From: Sphaeroforma arctica JP610
Taxonomy: Eukaryota
Assembly (NCBI RefSeq): GCF_001186125.1
Contig: NW_014040342.1
Coordinates: forward strand, 72,962 to 112,269
Direction: 5' to 3'
Length of the DNA stretch: 39,308 nt
Below the pieces are notes generated by a model. It saw nothing but the letters and a program-made list of their open reading frames with translations. It did not search any database and was not told where the DNA came from. Below are positions 13,539 through 27,200 of this stretch, piece by piece. Within the stretch, counting starts at the first letter, position 1; the number at the start of each line of letters is the position of its first letter. The position numbers were made by a program, and so were the translations under genes.

Positions 13539-13585
<47 letters not shown>

Positions 13586-16500
13586 ATAGAACTGTAGTAT
13601 TGCATTAATATACCTCTATATGCACAAGTGTTTCATGTGTGTACAATTGTGCAATAATGCATTTTGTGTGCCTGCGTGTTTGTTTGTACAGTTTTGGTTT
13701 GCTGGAACGGAGAACTCTATGGACTAGCTATCTGAGAGATTTCCAATTGAACTTCGTGTGCAAGTATAGTGTGTGAGATGTGAGGTGTGCGATACTGATT
13801 GGGTATGGTGCCCGTGTGGTGTGTTTATATATATATATATATATATAAAGTATATTAACAATAAAGAATATATACCTTTGCAGGTCAATGACCCAGAGTT
13901 TGTGAAACCGGCTAAGGGTATGGGCCTGAATGGCCCCGCGCGAATAACTTTGTTCGATATCTGGCCCAAGCGCCAACCTAACGAGCCGGAAGACAAACCA
14001 CGAGTATTCGACGCTGCTTCAAAGGCCAAGGTAAGTACCGTGTGTATTCATTTTAGAATATTTGAATCCAGCCGCGTACTTACATAAAATATTCTTCTAG
14101 TTATATTCCTAGTGGAAATAGGTCCCGGAGTTTTGGGCGAGCAAGGACCATGTCCGTCATTTATGCTGTTTGCAGAATGTATTTGAGGGTATCTCGGTTG
14201 ATCACTGTGTATGTCTACCCTCGCTGTGCGGCTCTGTTGTACGTTTATTTTCACGCGTACAGCTAAGGGAACGATCGTCCCTATCGCATCTTATATGACT
14301 AACGAAAACGTAATTTATGTCCCATAAACGTACTAGTGGGAGAGAACACTTGCCCGCAATTGCAAAGCGCACGACATGTTCAACTACACTTACGACTGGG
14401 ACTCTGGTCGATGGAGTTTCGATGTTAACCACTTCAGTCGATACGGATTGTTTGAGAGTGACGTGAGCGATGATGAGATGGAGGAGACACGGATGGGTGA
14501 CGATTCTAAAAACAGAATGGCCGCTAAAAATAGAACTGCGGCGAACACAGGCAGTGCCTTGCACGCACAGCAACGGAATGTCAGGTGAGTAGATAGATTT
14601 CTGTAGCTTGCCGTTCTGTCTTGTGCAGCTATGTACTGCAAATCCTGTTCTTATATACATTCACAATTGTATATATAGATATACATTCATAGTTGTATAT
14701 ATAAGTATACTTTAATAGTTTTAATATCGATATACATTCATAATTATATATATAGAAAGCTGTAGCTGGCTACATATCTTGTACAGTTATGTACTGTAAA
14801 TCATGCCCATATACATACATATCTATGTATTTGTGTAGATATTACTTGGCATTCCTTTGTTGTTCAGACGTGTGCTGTAATATCATACATACATAGATGC
14901 GATGCAGCGATACACGTGCGTGTACGACTTGTACGTTCACATGTGTGATATTTCACACCTCAATGTGTCTAGTATACAAACATAGCTGCATCATTTTTGT
15001 GTACATGACTTATAGGAACGTACTCACCTGAGCACCATTTCACGACTCGACCCACTGTAAATAGTTACACGGGTACAGTATGTGTTTGCGAATACACACA
15101 CTCCGATTTCTTACCTGATATGCTGAGTTGTTCGTGTGGTTCATGAGTTGTTCTACGAATACCCCCAGAGAAAAGTCGGACTCCGAAACACATACTTGCA
15201 CCTATATCTTAACATTATATGCCGAGTGTACTTATGGAGGCCATGATTTGTTCTATAAACATCATGAAGAACCGTCGGACTCTGAAACACATGTTTACAC
15301 CTATATCTTAACATGATATAGATATACTGAGCGTACTCATGTGGGCCATGGTTTGTTCTATAAAAATCTCAGGGACACGTCGAGCAGCGGTGCAATGGAC
15401 AGTTCGTCGCATCGGGCCATGGGCGACATGTTTGACAGTCAAGACGAGGAGATGTCAGGTCCAGGGGCCGGTAAGTGCACTGCTTAATTATTGGCGAAGT
15501 TGCTATGGCAACGGAGGAGTTGTGGATGTAGAAAAAGTTCGGTACAAATGTGTATGTGGGCGGAGAATTTGAACGGGTAATCTCGCATATAAGCATGTGT
15601 TACTACGTACTTACTGTATATGTACGAAGAATTTTGCTAGCGTTTATATGCTTATAGTTTGGAATCGATCAATATACCAGGACTATGGATGTATGCATGC
15701 TTGGAGTTGGATCTTACGAAGTAAGTAGTATATGGGTACTTCTAAGCTTGTATATGTCCTCACAGAAATGTGCCAACAGATGTGTAGGTGCATACTTATA
15801 ATGGAATATATTTTTGAGGCTTAGTATGACAGATAAGTACTACTCCGCATTTGAGTACCTTATTTCCACTATTCGTCAATTGTTTACATATATATTCTAT
15901 AACTAAAACTGTAGTTAGATAACTATCTGAGTTTATGTCGCAAACTCACACACACACTGGGTGTTGCTACAGATCCAGAGGATGACCTGGATGATATGAA
16001 TATGGCCAACGACGCTGATGATGATGTACAGCCCACGGATCCCCAGCTACCTGCCTGGCGCAGAAATGTCCTCAACCTAACTATCAATGGGGTATGTTTG
16101 TATATATTTAGGAGTTGTCTTATGTTGTGCTTTATGCTGCATGTTTGTGTATTTGTAGGTGATGTCTTATGTTGTGTGTTATGCTGTACGTTTGTGTATT
16201 TGTAGGTGTTGTCTTATGTTGTGCTTTATGCTGTATGTTTGTATATTTGTGGGTGATGTCTGATGTTGTGTGTTATGCTGTATGTTTGTTTGTTAGTAGG
16301 TGTTGTCTTATGTTGTGTGTTATGCTGTATGTTTGTATGTTTGTAGGTGTTGTCTTTTGTTGTGTGTTATGTTTGTATGTTTGTAGGTGTTGTTTTATGT
16401 GTGTTTTACTGTATGTTTGTATGTTTGTAGGTGTTTTCTTTTGTTGTGTGTTATGCTGTATGTTTGTATGTTTGTAGGTGTTGTCTTATGTTGTGTGTTA

Positions 16501-19500
16501 TGCTGTATGCTTGCATGTTTGTAGGTGTTGTCTTACGTTGTACGTTATGATGCTGTAAACTATCTATAACTGGTTATGCCTGTAAGAGTTATTTGTACGA
16601 TGTGCAGACCTCTGTTGCTTAACTTAACTACATTGGGGTATGTGCGTAGGGGCTATGTGTATGTTGTGCACCCTGAGCTCAACCATCAATGGGCTGCACT
16701 TAAAAAGCGATCTGACTATATCCCCGTAGCCGTTGTAAACCGTTAAAAATTCTATGCTATGCAAATGCGTGGGCGTACGAAACCGAATACGTGCTCTGAA
16801 CTTTACTGTCAGTGTCTTATGAGCGTAGGAGTTGTGGTTGTGGACGTAAAAATGAATTGCTCAATATTTTTTAATGTTCTTCGGTCTGTTGTAAGTGTAT
16901 GTGCTTATTTGTTGTATTTTTCTATATTGTACATCCATTTCTCTGTGGAAAATGGCCTTGATTCGTGATGAGATCGACATACTCGCCTGCCAGCAGAGTT
17001 GTCAGTACATACAAGCGAGTATCAGCATCTTTCACGTGCACTGCCATTACTCACGTTAGCACCACATACAATACGCACAGGAACGCTCGCGCCCGCAGTA
17101 TGCACTCAATTTAGACGCCCAGAGAGTGCAGCAGAAAATGTACACTGTACGAGGGGACGCGGACGACAATGCATGTCCAGATGATTACGCAGACACCACG
17201 GAAGTGGACAGGAGGCTCAGGCGGAGAGTGGGTGACAGCAGGAGTGCGGAGGATACCATGGCTTTGTATGTAATGTGCTCATATATGGTTGCATATGACT
17301 TTACATATGGATTTATAGCATTGTGCGAGAGTTGCTTATATATATATATATTGATATATATTTATATTAAGATTGGAATGGGCGTGAAAGCGTTCAATAT
17401 ATAGGCGTGTATGTACGTACATTTACGATCCTCTGCTTTGGAAACAACACTCGGCCTGAGAGCTAGCAAGTGTTAGTGGGCAATTTTATCTTCGACGATG
17501 TTTTCGAACCCATGTATTATGTGAGTCTTGTTTGGGTGAAATTGGTCAAGCTATACACGTGTGTAAGTATATAAATTAAACTCTGAAGTAGGTAACCGAC
17601 CCGAGCATGGAGTGGCGGTTACGTATAGTTCGAGAATGTGAGAGGGTTTAGATGCAAAAGCCTCAAAGCCTCTTGGACAATGCATATGTTGGTAGGATCT
17701 CGTGTGTAAATAACTATGCCTAACATGCGTTAGCATGCAATTCCCTATTGGAAATTCATGTCTGCATGAACATCTAGGGTTAGGGTTTATTCATAGACTT
17801 AAGTGTACCAGTACACCGCACCTGCATGTAGTTAGTGATAGGGTCAGATGTAGACGGAGGGACAAAATAGTCCATACTACTCTTGTAGTGCGCACCTATT
17901 ACGCGCTCGTTCCTAGAAAGCACACTATGGTCGGTTCCCCAACCCTACGTGATTATACCAGGGTTTCTTTATCTTTCTGCGGACTCATATATTCCGTAGA
18001 TCACAGCCAACTGACCTCTTTTATTGCCCTCTGTCACATCTCAGTATTTCACCCGTTGAACTCCGTATTTTTTATTTATATATATATTTTGCCTTTCTGG
18101 TGACTCGAAATCCATAGATCGCGCCCAACTGACCTGACCTCTTTAATTGTCCGCTTCCACTTCTTCCTAGCGCGCCCGATGCCCCGAGGGTCGATCCCAA
18201 CTCCACCGCCGCAGGCACCACGACGTACACACCGCGCAAGGTGGACCAGCCGTTCACCAACCCTGTGTCACCCAGAGCGGGTGTGGATAAACAACACCTG
18301 TTCGATGGTCAGACCATGCAGACTATCCTCACAAGTGCACGGGAGGGTGCTGACACACGTACACATACGGCTGTGGCGCCTGTGGGTGACGGAGATGCAC
18401 AGAATACCCAGCGAGCTATGCAGAGGGGCTATTCGCAAGCACGATCCTTTAGGTAAACTGTTTGCTGTTTGTAGTGATTCGGGATTGTGATACTGGTTGA
18501 TCGTGGGTTTGGTTATGTTTTGGATATCACACCAGAAAGTGCTTATATTTATGAGTCTACGCGCGTATATGATTTTATATGATTGTGTTTGTAAGTGCAC
18601 GTTGATATATGTAATGTGCTTAAGTATAAATATATATTTTTCGATACATTCATACTAATTTTTGGTATATCTGTTTGTTTTTATGTTCTAAATCTGTATT
18701 CTATTGTACTAGTTATGTGGGTATGCACACAACTGCTTATAAGCTCTATATATTGACCTATTTTATAATAGCGCAAAAGTATCAAGTAATGCGGATGTGT
18801 AGGTGTGACTTTGGTTAGTGACTATTCTCATATATAGTTGCAGGCGTAAAGTCTCCACTATTCGAACTTGTACGTCTTGACCCTGTCCATATTGACGCGC
18901 CTCTCACTCCGCCTTTTACGCCAATTTATGTTATACTACACAAACTCCATTTAAGTGATTACCAGATAGTATATATATATATATGTATGTATGTATGTAT
19001 ACTTGTTAGAATTCACCTCAAGGTATAACTTTGAGATATACCTGTAATCTAACCATATTGAATTTGCCTTCATTTCAACCATTCACAGAGTGGGATGGGG
19101 CCGCAACGGAATGCTGGTTTGCCCAGTGGTGTTCCTCAGCAAAGTGCTCGTGCGATCAGACACCACCTACACCGCCCCCGCCAATAGCAAGCTGAAGCTA
19201 ACCACCGCGGACGGGAGCAATTCTCTTAATAGCGTTAACATCAATACCGGTGCTGAAAGCGGGACGGGTAGCCGCGGTGAACGGGATTTGCCGGTAGTCG
19301 ACTCTCCCGCGGGCAACCCGTTTATCAATGGAGTGACGGTATCCAAGATTGTTGTGGCACCCATTTTCAGCCTCAATGTAACAAACGCGCAAAACCCGGT
19401 TGTTGCGAAGGATAAGCGCAGTAAGTCTCTTGATGCACACATATGTACATGTATATATTTATATTTCAAAACAATGTACTCACACACTCTCTCTCTCTCT

Positions 19501-19532
<32 letters not shown>

Positions 19533-19554
19533 AATATAATATGTGTGCATGTAT

Positions 19555-19588
<34 letters not shown>

Positions 19589-19914
19589 TGTATGTATGTA
19601 TGTATGTATGTATGTATGTATGTATGTATGTATGTATGTATGTATGTATGTATGTATGTATGTATGTATGTATGTATGTATGTATGTNTGATGTATTGAT
19701 GTTATGTTATGGTATGTATGTATGTATGTATGTATGTATGTATGTATGTNTTGATGTATGGTANNNNNNNNNNNNNNNNNNNNGTTAGTTAGTTAGTTAG
19801 TTAGTTATTAGTTAGTTGTTTGTTTGTTTGTTTGTTTGTTAGTGTCTATGTATAGTATATATAATATATATATATATATATTATAGTATATATAGTATAT
19901 ATATATACTATGTA

Positions 19915-19957
<43 letters not shown>

Positions 19958-20668
19958 ATGTATGTATGTGTGCCATAGTGAGTTGACCCCACAGTGACTA
20001 CATGTTGCATAAACTAAAAATTCAGGGGCGGGGAGTTGATTCGTCACACTTGCTGGCTCCACATACCGTCACAGACCGTCACATATACGCTACCAAGCTA
20101 TCGTTCTATCGTGTTACAATGTTATCATGTGATTGTACACACAAAACTACGGCCAATTGTCTGCCTGCACCTTGTTTGGCTCTGATTTTGTGTCTTCTGG
20201 TCTCCTGAGCCTGTTATTACAACTATCTGAATACTCTCTTTATCTCAACGACTGTCGCAGATTCATCGAGCACCTCTCTTCCCAGTCGATGCTGTATGTG
20301 CCGGTCTAACACCGACTTGGACTTAGAGATGACCACTCGAGAGAGGCAGTGGTATGAAGACTACACGCCCGTTATCGATCCATTGCGGGAAATGCGTGTG
20401 CGCGTTTGTAAGAAGTGCATACTTGCCCAGGTATGCGTCTGTTTCTATGTGGCGTGCATATGACTTTGCTTCGATAATGTGTCTCTAGGTAAATGCAGTT
20501 TCTTGGCTTTCTCCAATAGTTCGCCTTTATGTGTATCTAATATATATATGTATAGATTTGGTCTTAAATAATGTTGTGTTAAATTTTTTTATGCGGTTTT
20601 ATCTTCTATGTAAATCATACGCATAGCGAGAATATATTTTGTACCGGAAAATGCTAATGCATATTCTG

Positions 20669-20704
<36 letters not shown>

Positions 20705-23700
20705 ATGTATGTGTGTGTGTGTGTGTGTATGTATATATGTATGTAGTGTGTATGTATGTCTGTATGTATGCATGTGTATATATATATATATATAGTATGC
20801 TTTATATATTTACCATATGCTGATCACGCCCGTGTCCACATCTTCTCAGCGATCGAGTGCCGTGGATCTTCTCAGCACGCAATACAAGCTGTATCTTCAA
20901 AAGTCTCTGTTGGTCTCAGACTCCCGGCTGCAATTGCCCGTTATAAAGGCCCCTCAGGCCGCTGATATGGTACACGAAATAGTTCACGCCTTGGAATCGG
21001 TAGGTGTTAAATTAAGTCTGGTAAAAATCTGCATATTTCTGATGGAGTTGATATATGTATTTTGTTTGTGTGTGATCTGCACTATCTGCAGTAGACACAC
21101 GTTCTCAGTGTGGCTGAGTGTTGTGAACAGTGTACTCTGACTTGTTAGTGTGCCTGTAGAGGTATTATGCGCGCTTTATGGCACATTCATTGCAGTTTAC
21201 ACGGATGTTGTTTATATATAGTGCATTACTCGCTGGATGCATGTCCTGAATTTTCTACTTTCATATATATATATATATATGTATATACCACTCATATATA
21301 TATATATATATACCACTCACACCTTCTCTCTTTCTCGCGCTCTTCTTTCCCACAGAGAACGCAGGAAGCTGACATGTACGCACACACCAGCCACGGCGAC
21401 AAGGACAGTGTCATCGATGACCAGCACGAGAGCGTAGGCGAGAGTACCGAGCAATGGATGTTGGTGTGGACACTGGTGGACGCCTTGTGGCTTCTTCTCC
21501 ATCCCTTGGATACGGTTGCTACGGTACCTCAATCGGGTAGTAGTCAGAGTAGCGATACCTCGAGTGAGGAGACGAAGTATGCACACATGCGACGGCTATC
21601 ATGGAACCAGCGAGTGCAGCTGACGCGATGGCTCAAGCGCGCAGTGAAGAAAGAGGTCCGCCGCAGTGTAGATTCTGCCAGGGCTGCTGATGATCGCATG
21701 AGTGAGGTATGGGTGTTTGTATTTTATGGTACTGTATAGTTGTGTACTGTTTGTTTGTATTTTTTTTTAGCTCATTGTTGTGGTATTGTATTGGACCGAT
21801 ATGAGTGAGGTATTGTTTGTATTTTTTAGTACTGTATGGTTATGTGTCGTTTGTGTATATTGGATAGCTCAATGTTGTGTTATTGTATTGGACTGGTATG
21901 AGTGAGGTATGGATTTTTGTATTTTATGGTACTGTATAGTTGTGTACTGTTTGTTTGTATTTTTTAGCTCATTGTTATGGTATTGTATTGGACTGGTATG
22001 AATGAGGTATTGTTTGTATTTTATAGTACTGTATGGTTATGTGCCTTTTGTGTATATTGGATAGCTCAATGTTGTGGTATTGGATTGGACTGGTATGAGT
22101 GAGGTATGGGTGTTTGTATTTCATGGTATTGTATGGTTGTGTATTGGATAGCTCATTGTTTTGGTGTTGTATTCGACTTATATGTATATAAGTCGTTGTT
22201 TTGGTGTTTTAATTCACTGTCAGTATGTATAGATTGTTCTGTTACTGTATTGTACCGTCTTTAGGTATAGCCCACTGTTTTGGTAGTGTATTGGACTGGT
22301 AGTTTGTATGGCCCATTGTTCTGGCATGTATTATGCTGTCTTTATGGATAACCTGAACAAGGTATTGTACTGTTTTAGAGTTGTTCTGTGCGATAGCTAA
22401 TTACTCAGCAGAAAATAAGTATCGCACTGTTGCCCTGTGCCAGAGTTGCTGACATTTTCTTGAGTGAGGTACAAACGTGTAGAGTCGTGTCTATCGGCGG
22501 TGTGTTGCATAGTATACCATTGTGTTGTGTTGTGTTGTGTTGTGTTGTGTTGTGTTGTGTTGTGTTGTGTTGTGTTGTGTTGTGTTGTGTTGTGTTGTGT
22601 TGTGTTGTGTTGTGTTGTGTTGTGTTGTGTTGTGTTGTGTTGTGTTGTGTTGTGTTGTGTTGTGTTGTGTTGTGTTGTGTTGTGTTGTGTTGTGTTGTGT
22701 TGTGTTGTGTTGTGTTGTGTTGTGTTGTGTTGTGTTGTGTTGTGTACTGTACTGTACTGTACTGTACTGTACTGTACTGTACTGTACTGTAGTGTAGTGT
22801 AGTGTAGTGTAGTGTAGTGTAGTATTGTATAGTATAGTATTAGTCCTAATAATTATTAGTGTTCACATACTACTTATTCACATCCTCATACAATCCATTA
22901 ACCGTACGCAGGTATTTGCCTTACTGACCGGGTGTGAGATAAGCGAGGCCACCGCTGTCGCACGCGCCAACCGAGACTACCGCTTAGCCACACTGGTGGC
23001 ACAGGCGATGGGCTCAGTCAAAGCAGCTACACACGTACAGTGCCAACTGCAGACATGGGTGGACCACAGTTATGTGAGCCACCTGGGCACGCAGGGACAG
23101 GGACAGGCGCGTGCCAAGCAGATGATCACGGCCCAAAGATGGAAGGTGATGCAGCTGCTGGCGAGGTGTGTGCTGTGGTCTGGACTGCATTGTGTATTTT
23201 TCTGTATATATATATATATATTGTGCGTGTGCGTGGAAAGATGGGTATGCCCTGCGTGTAATATCGCATTTCAACCTGTTATGTGCATAACCAAACTTCT
23301 ATATATTCCTGACTGAATCATTGACACTTTATCACAGAGACACGAGTCCCACGAGTGAGGTGGATGGATCACGCTACTTTGACGCATACAATGTATGCGA
23401 TCGCCTGAGTTGGAAGCGAGCGTTCGCAGTGCAGTACTGGTATGCGTGCCCACCCAACGGTGACCTCAGAGACGCACTCCACAGCTACGACCAACGGTGC
23501 GCTGAGGATACGACACGCACACTCTCCCCATTGGCGCCGCATCTGGCCAACTCAGGACACCAGTATGTTGCTCTGTTGAATGAGTGTATACCTGTATAGT
23601 GCTACATTGTATGAGAGTATTTTAGTATGTTACTTCTTTGTATTATATGAGTATTTGAGTATGTTGTTTTATTCTGTAGAGTATACTAGCGTGTTGTTTT

Positions 23701-24154
23701 CCTGTAAGGTGCTCAATCTTGTGCTATGTTGTTGCAGTGTACGAATGAACCCATTCTTCAGCGCATGCTGATTCGTTGTACTAGAGTAGCCATCCTTCAG
23801 GATCGTACATAGTTCAAATAGTAAATACACTTTAGTATATGATATCGATTTGAATGTCTTGTATATGCTTGTTGCTGTGCTGTGATATCTATTGATGGTG
23901 TATCCCCTGAACTGCTCGTAGTATGTTATGTCTGTCCCAGTACCTGAGTGTCCGAACGCCTCTACCTGTGTCTTTCTGACTAGCACTGGCGTTCATACTT
24001 AGTATGCCTACTATTCACGTATAGGTATATACATGTGTATGTGTATGTGTTCGTAAATTTGTTTATTCTGTTAATTTCAGAAAGTTGGTCAAGTAGATGT
24101 TTCTACCACTTAATATATAGACCGAGCAGATCGCCGAAGTGATAGTACGTTATA

Positions 24155-24204
<50 letters not shown>

Positions 24205-27200
24205 ATATATATTATATATTATATATAATATATATATATATGTGTGTGTGTTGTTGTGTGTGTNNNNNNNNNNNNNNNNNNNNTGTTTGTGTGTGTGTAA
24301 GTGGGGGGGGGGGTGCGTGCGTGTTTGCCTCTTGACTCAAAAGGACTTTCTACATTTCCTCACAGAAATGGTCAGCTGGACATTCTGTACCATCTGATGT
24401 GGCTAAGGCAGGACGGACCCAAACCCACCGATGTGATGCGTAACATTCTCAACCCACAGTCGTACGCTGTGTCGCAGCTAGACCACACACTCGGCGCTTC
24501 CTCTCAACTGGCCTTCCAGCTGCACTGTGCGCTGGTTAGTTTAACCAACTGTAAGTCAACTCAGTGCAATGCAACGCCGAGTTTGAGTGTGCCTTGGGTA
24601 GCATATCCTGTTTGAGTTGACTCTGATTTTGGACGTGCGGCGTTTAGCTAATTACACAATTGCAGTACTTCCTGTTGTTGAATATGTACTGGTCAAGTTG
24701 GATGCAGCGTCTCTGTGTTTCATTATGAGTGGGCTGTGTTTTACAAGCACCGATCGTGAATCGGTTTGATTAATCGATGATGACGAATGTCATCGGTGTG
24801 TTGCTGTGTTCAACTGTCTCGATAAGCTCTGTACTCGCTGTACATCTTTTATACCGGCAGTTCAATCGTATTGTTGTAAAAAGCCGCCCGAGTCTTGTCT
24901 CACCAAAGGCTTAGACTTGTATTCATTGGGTTTTCGTAGTATCTCGTGGACCTTTCTACTTGCACTACCTTCACTGCGTAGCCTCTCTTCTTGCATCCGT
25001 GATACAACACAGCCACCAACGAAACATTAGGTTGTGATTATTCAGTGGTCGTTGCTCAGTATCACACCTTAAACTGGAAGTGGCATTCTTCAAGTTTTGT
25101 CACAGTTACTTTGAACACCTTACCTGCACTAACGTCATCTCTTACCCTCTCATTCCGATATGCACAGCCAACAATCAAACATTAGGATACGATCAATTAG
25201 TGGACGTTGCTCAGTATCACACCTTAATCCGCATTGTTGCTGGTGAACTCGAGATGATGGGCTTATGGCAGTGGGCAGTGTTTGTTCTGCTGCACATGCC
25301 TGGCTATGCTACGGACAACAGTGTGCATGATGACCTGGACCAGTATGTTTGCACGTATCTTGTGTCTCCACGTGGCGTTCTGTGGTACATAAACTCACAT
25401 GTAAGTACCAACTTACAGTAACATTAGAAAAACATATGGACCGAGCCAAGCGTGATCTACTGCTCCTAGTATTATATTTTGCTCTGGTCAACTATAGATA
25501 TTTTCATATATTTTTATATTTTTATACTTTTGTTTCAACACAATACAAAGTCTATAAACATATGAGTTGTTGTCATACACCTCCTACCCGACAAATTTAG
25601 GCGCCCAGCTCGTAGCATTGAAACAATGACTGAGCAATGTATAATAGCCTTGAATATTTTTCGGTGTCAAATTTATTATTTTCTATGGTACTGCATATTC
25701 ATATAGTTCTGCTGAAACACGATCCAAAGTGTTTCAATCGCAGACGATCTTGACTAGCGTCTCTTCCAACAACCTCTGCCCCTCAACTCACAGCACTACT
25801 AGAAAACAAATGGACCGAGCAGTGCATGATCTATTGCACCGTAACATCGGAGACGGCGTCCAATCAGATCTCGTACAACCGGTAATGGAGAACATCCCGC
25901 AAGTGTGGGTGGACGAGGCATGGGCATTACAGGCGCACTACAATCAAGGTACGTCGTGAAGCGTCCGAGATGCAACATGCGGGTGTGATACGTTCACTCT
26001 AGGCCAGGCGTGCTGATTACTTGCACTCTCTCCAACACTCACATATCGACTTTTGAATTGTGGACTACAATGAAATCTGTCCACACCTATAGCCATCTAC
26101 TAGTATCTAACCTCTGGCTATTCCCGTGCATACACCCAGACGTATACCAAGAAGCGCGCTACTATATCAAGATGGGGCCCTCGTGCGAGTTCCTGTCCAA
26201 TCGTCCGGGCAACGCCACATATGACAGCATCGCTGTACGGATACAACAGCCATGGCTCAGTAATCCATTGTCACGATGTCTCGAGCTCATAAGCCTAGAC
26301 TGCATCCCCGCAGCCGTGATAGAGCTGGATATGCAGTTGCAGGATGTCCTCACGAGGCTGCACGAGTGGGTGGAGCAGGAGAAGGGTATGTGTGGTAATA
26401 AGCTCACATTGGGCTATTGTCCACAGTCATTTTCACGCCCACACATGTCGTCACCGTTAACCACGGCCACTTTCCCTGACAGTCGCCCGCTCTAATGTCT
26501 ACGGTCACTTGCTCGCTCACACATATGCCTTCCTATTCTCTACAGCCACTTCCCCGAACGCTACCTCTGTGGTACACGAGTGGCACCGAGTGGGTAGCGT
26601 ATATCACTGGTACTTATGCGTAGTCAACCACCTAACCCACGACTGGGGCACCAAAGTCATCGCCAAAGCCCGAGAGTCTGGCAGCACCCAAGAGATGGCT
26701 GACTTGCAACGACAGTTGGCCACACGGCTGAAGCAGATTGCGGAACTTAACCTGAACCACCACACCAGGCACTACAGACACAATAACCACATGAACAATT
26801 GCAACAATGCGAGCGCTGACGATAGCCGGGCCATCAGGCAAGGGTGAGTGTTACATGGTTTGTGCGTATGTAAAGTAGAATATAGTTTTGTATAGCTATA
26901 CGTTACTCAGGCACGGGCGAGTGTCACATGATAAGTTCATCTGTACATGAGAATACTTAATGTTTTATAACAGATTCTCATTCGGTAAAGCGTGTGGTAC
27001 TCACGAACGAGAAAGTACACCATTTCGTAACTTTAGCATCGCCTCATAACAGGCTAAGCTCAAAACCGTAAACATCCAGTTTCACGTTATGTTGCGTCGT
27101 GTTGCGGGATATGCTAGGCCGCATGAAAACTCCTTGTTGCGGAGTTTATTATATTTGTCGGCATCGTACATGTCGGCGCATATGCCTCGTCTTGTCAGAC

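Noticed and set aside
22430..22802. Cys-rich CCVVL repeat proteins
   Set aside because: Translation of the (TGTGT)n pentamer satellite.
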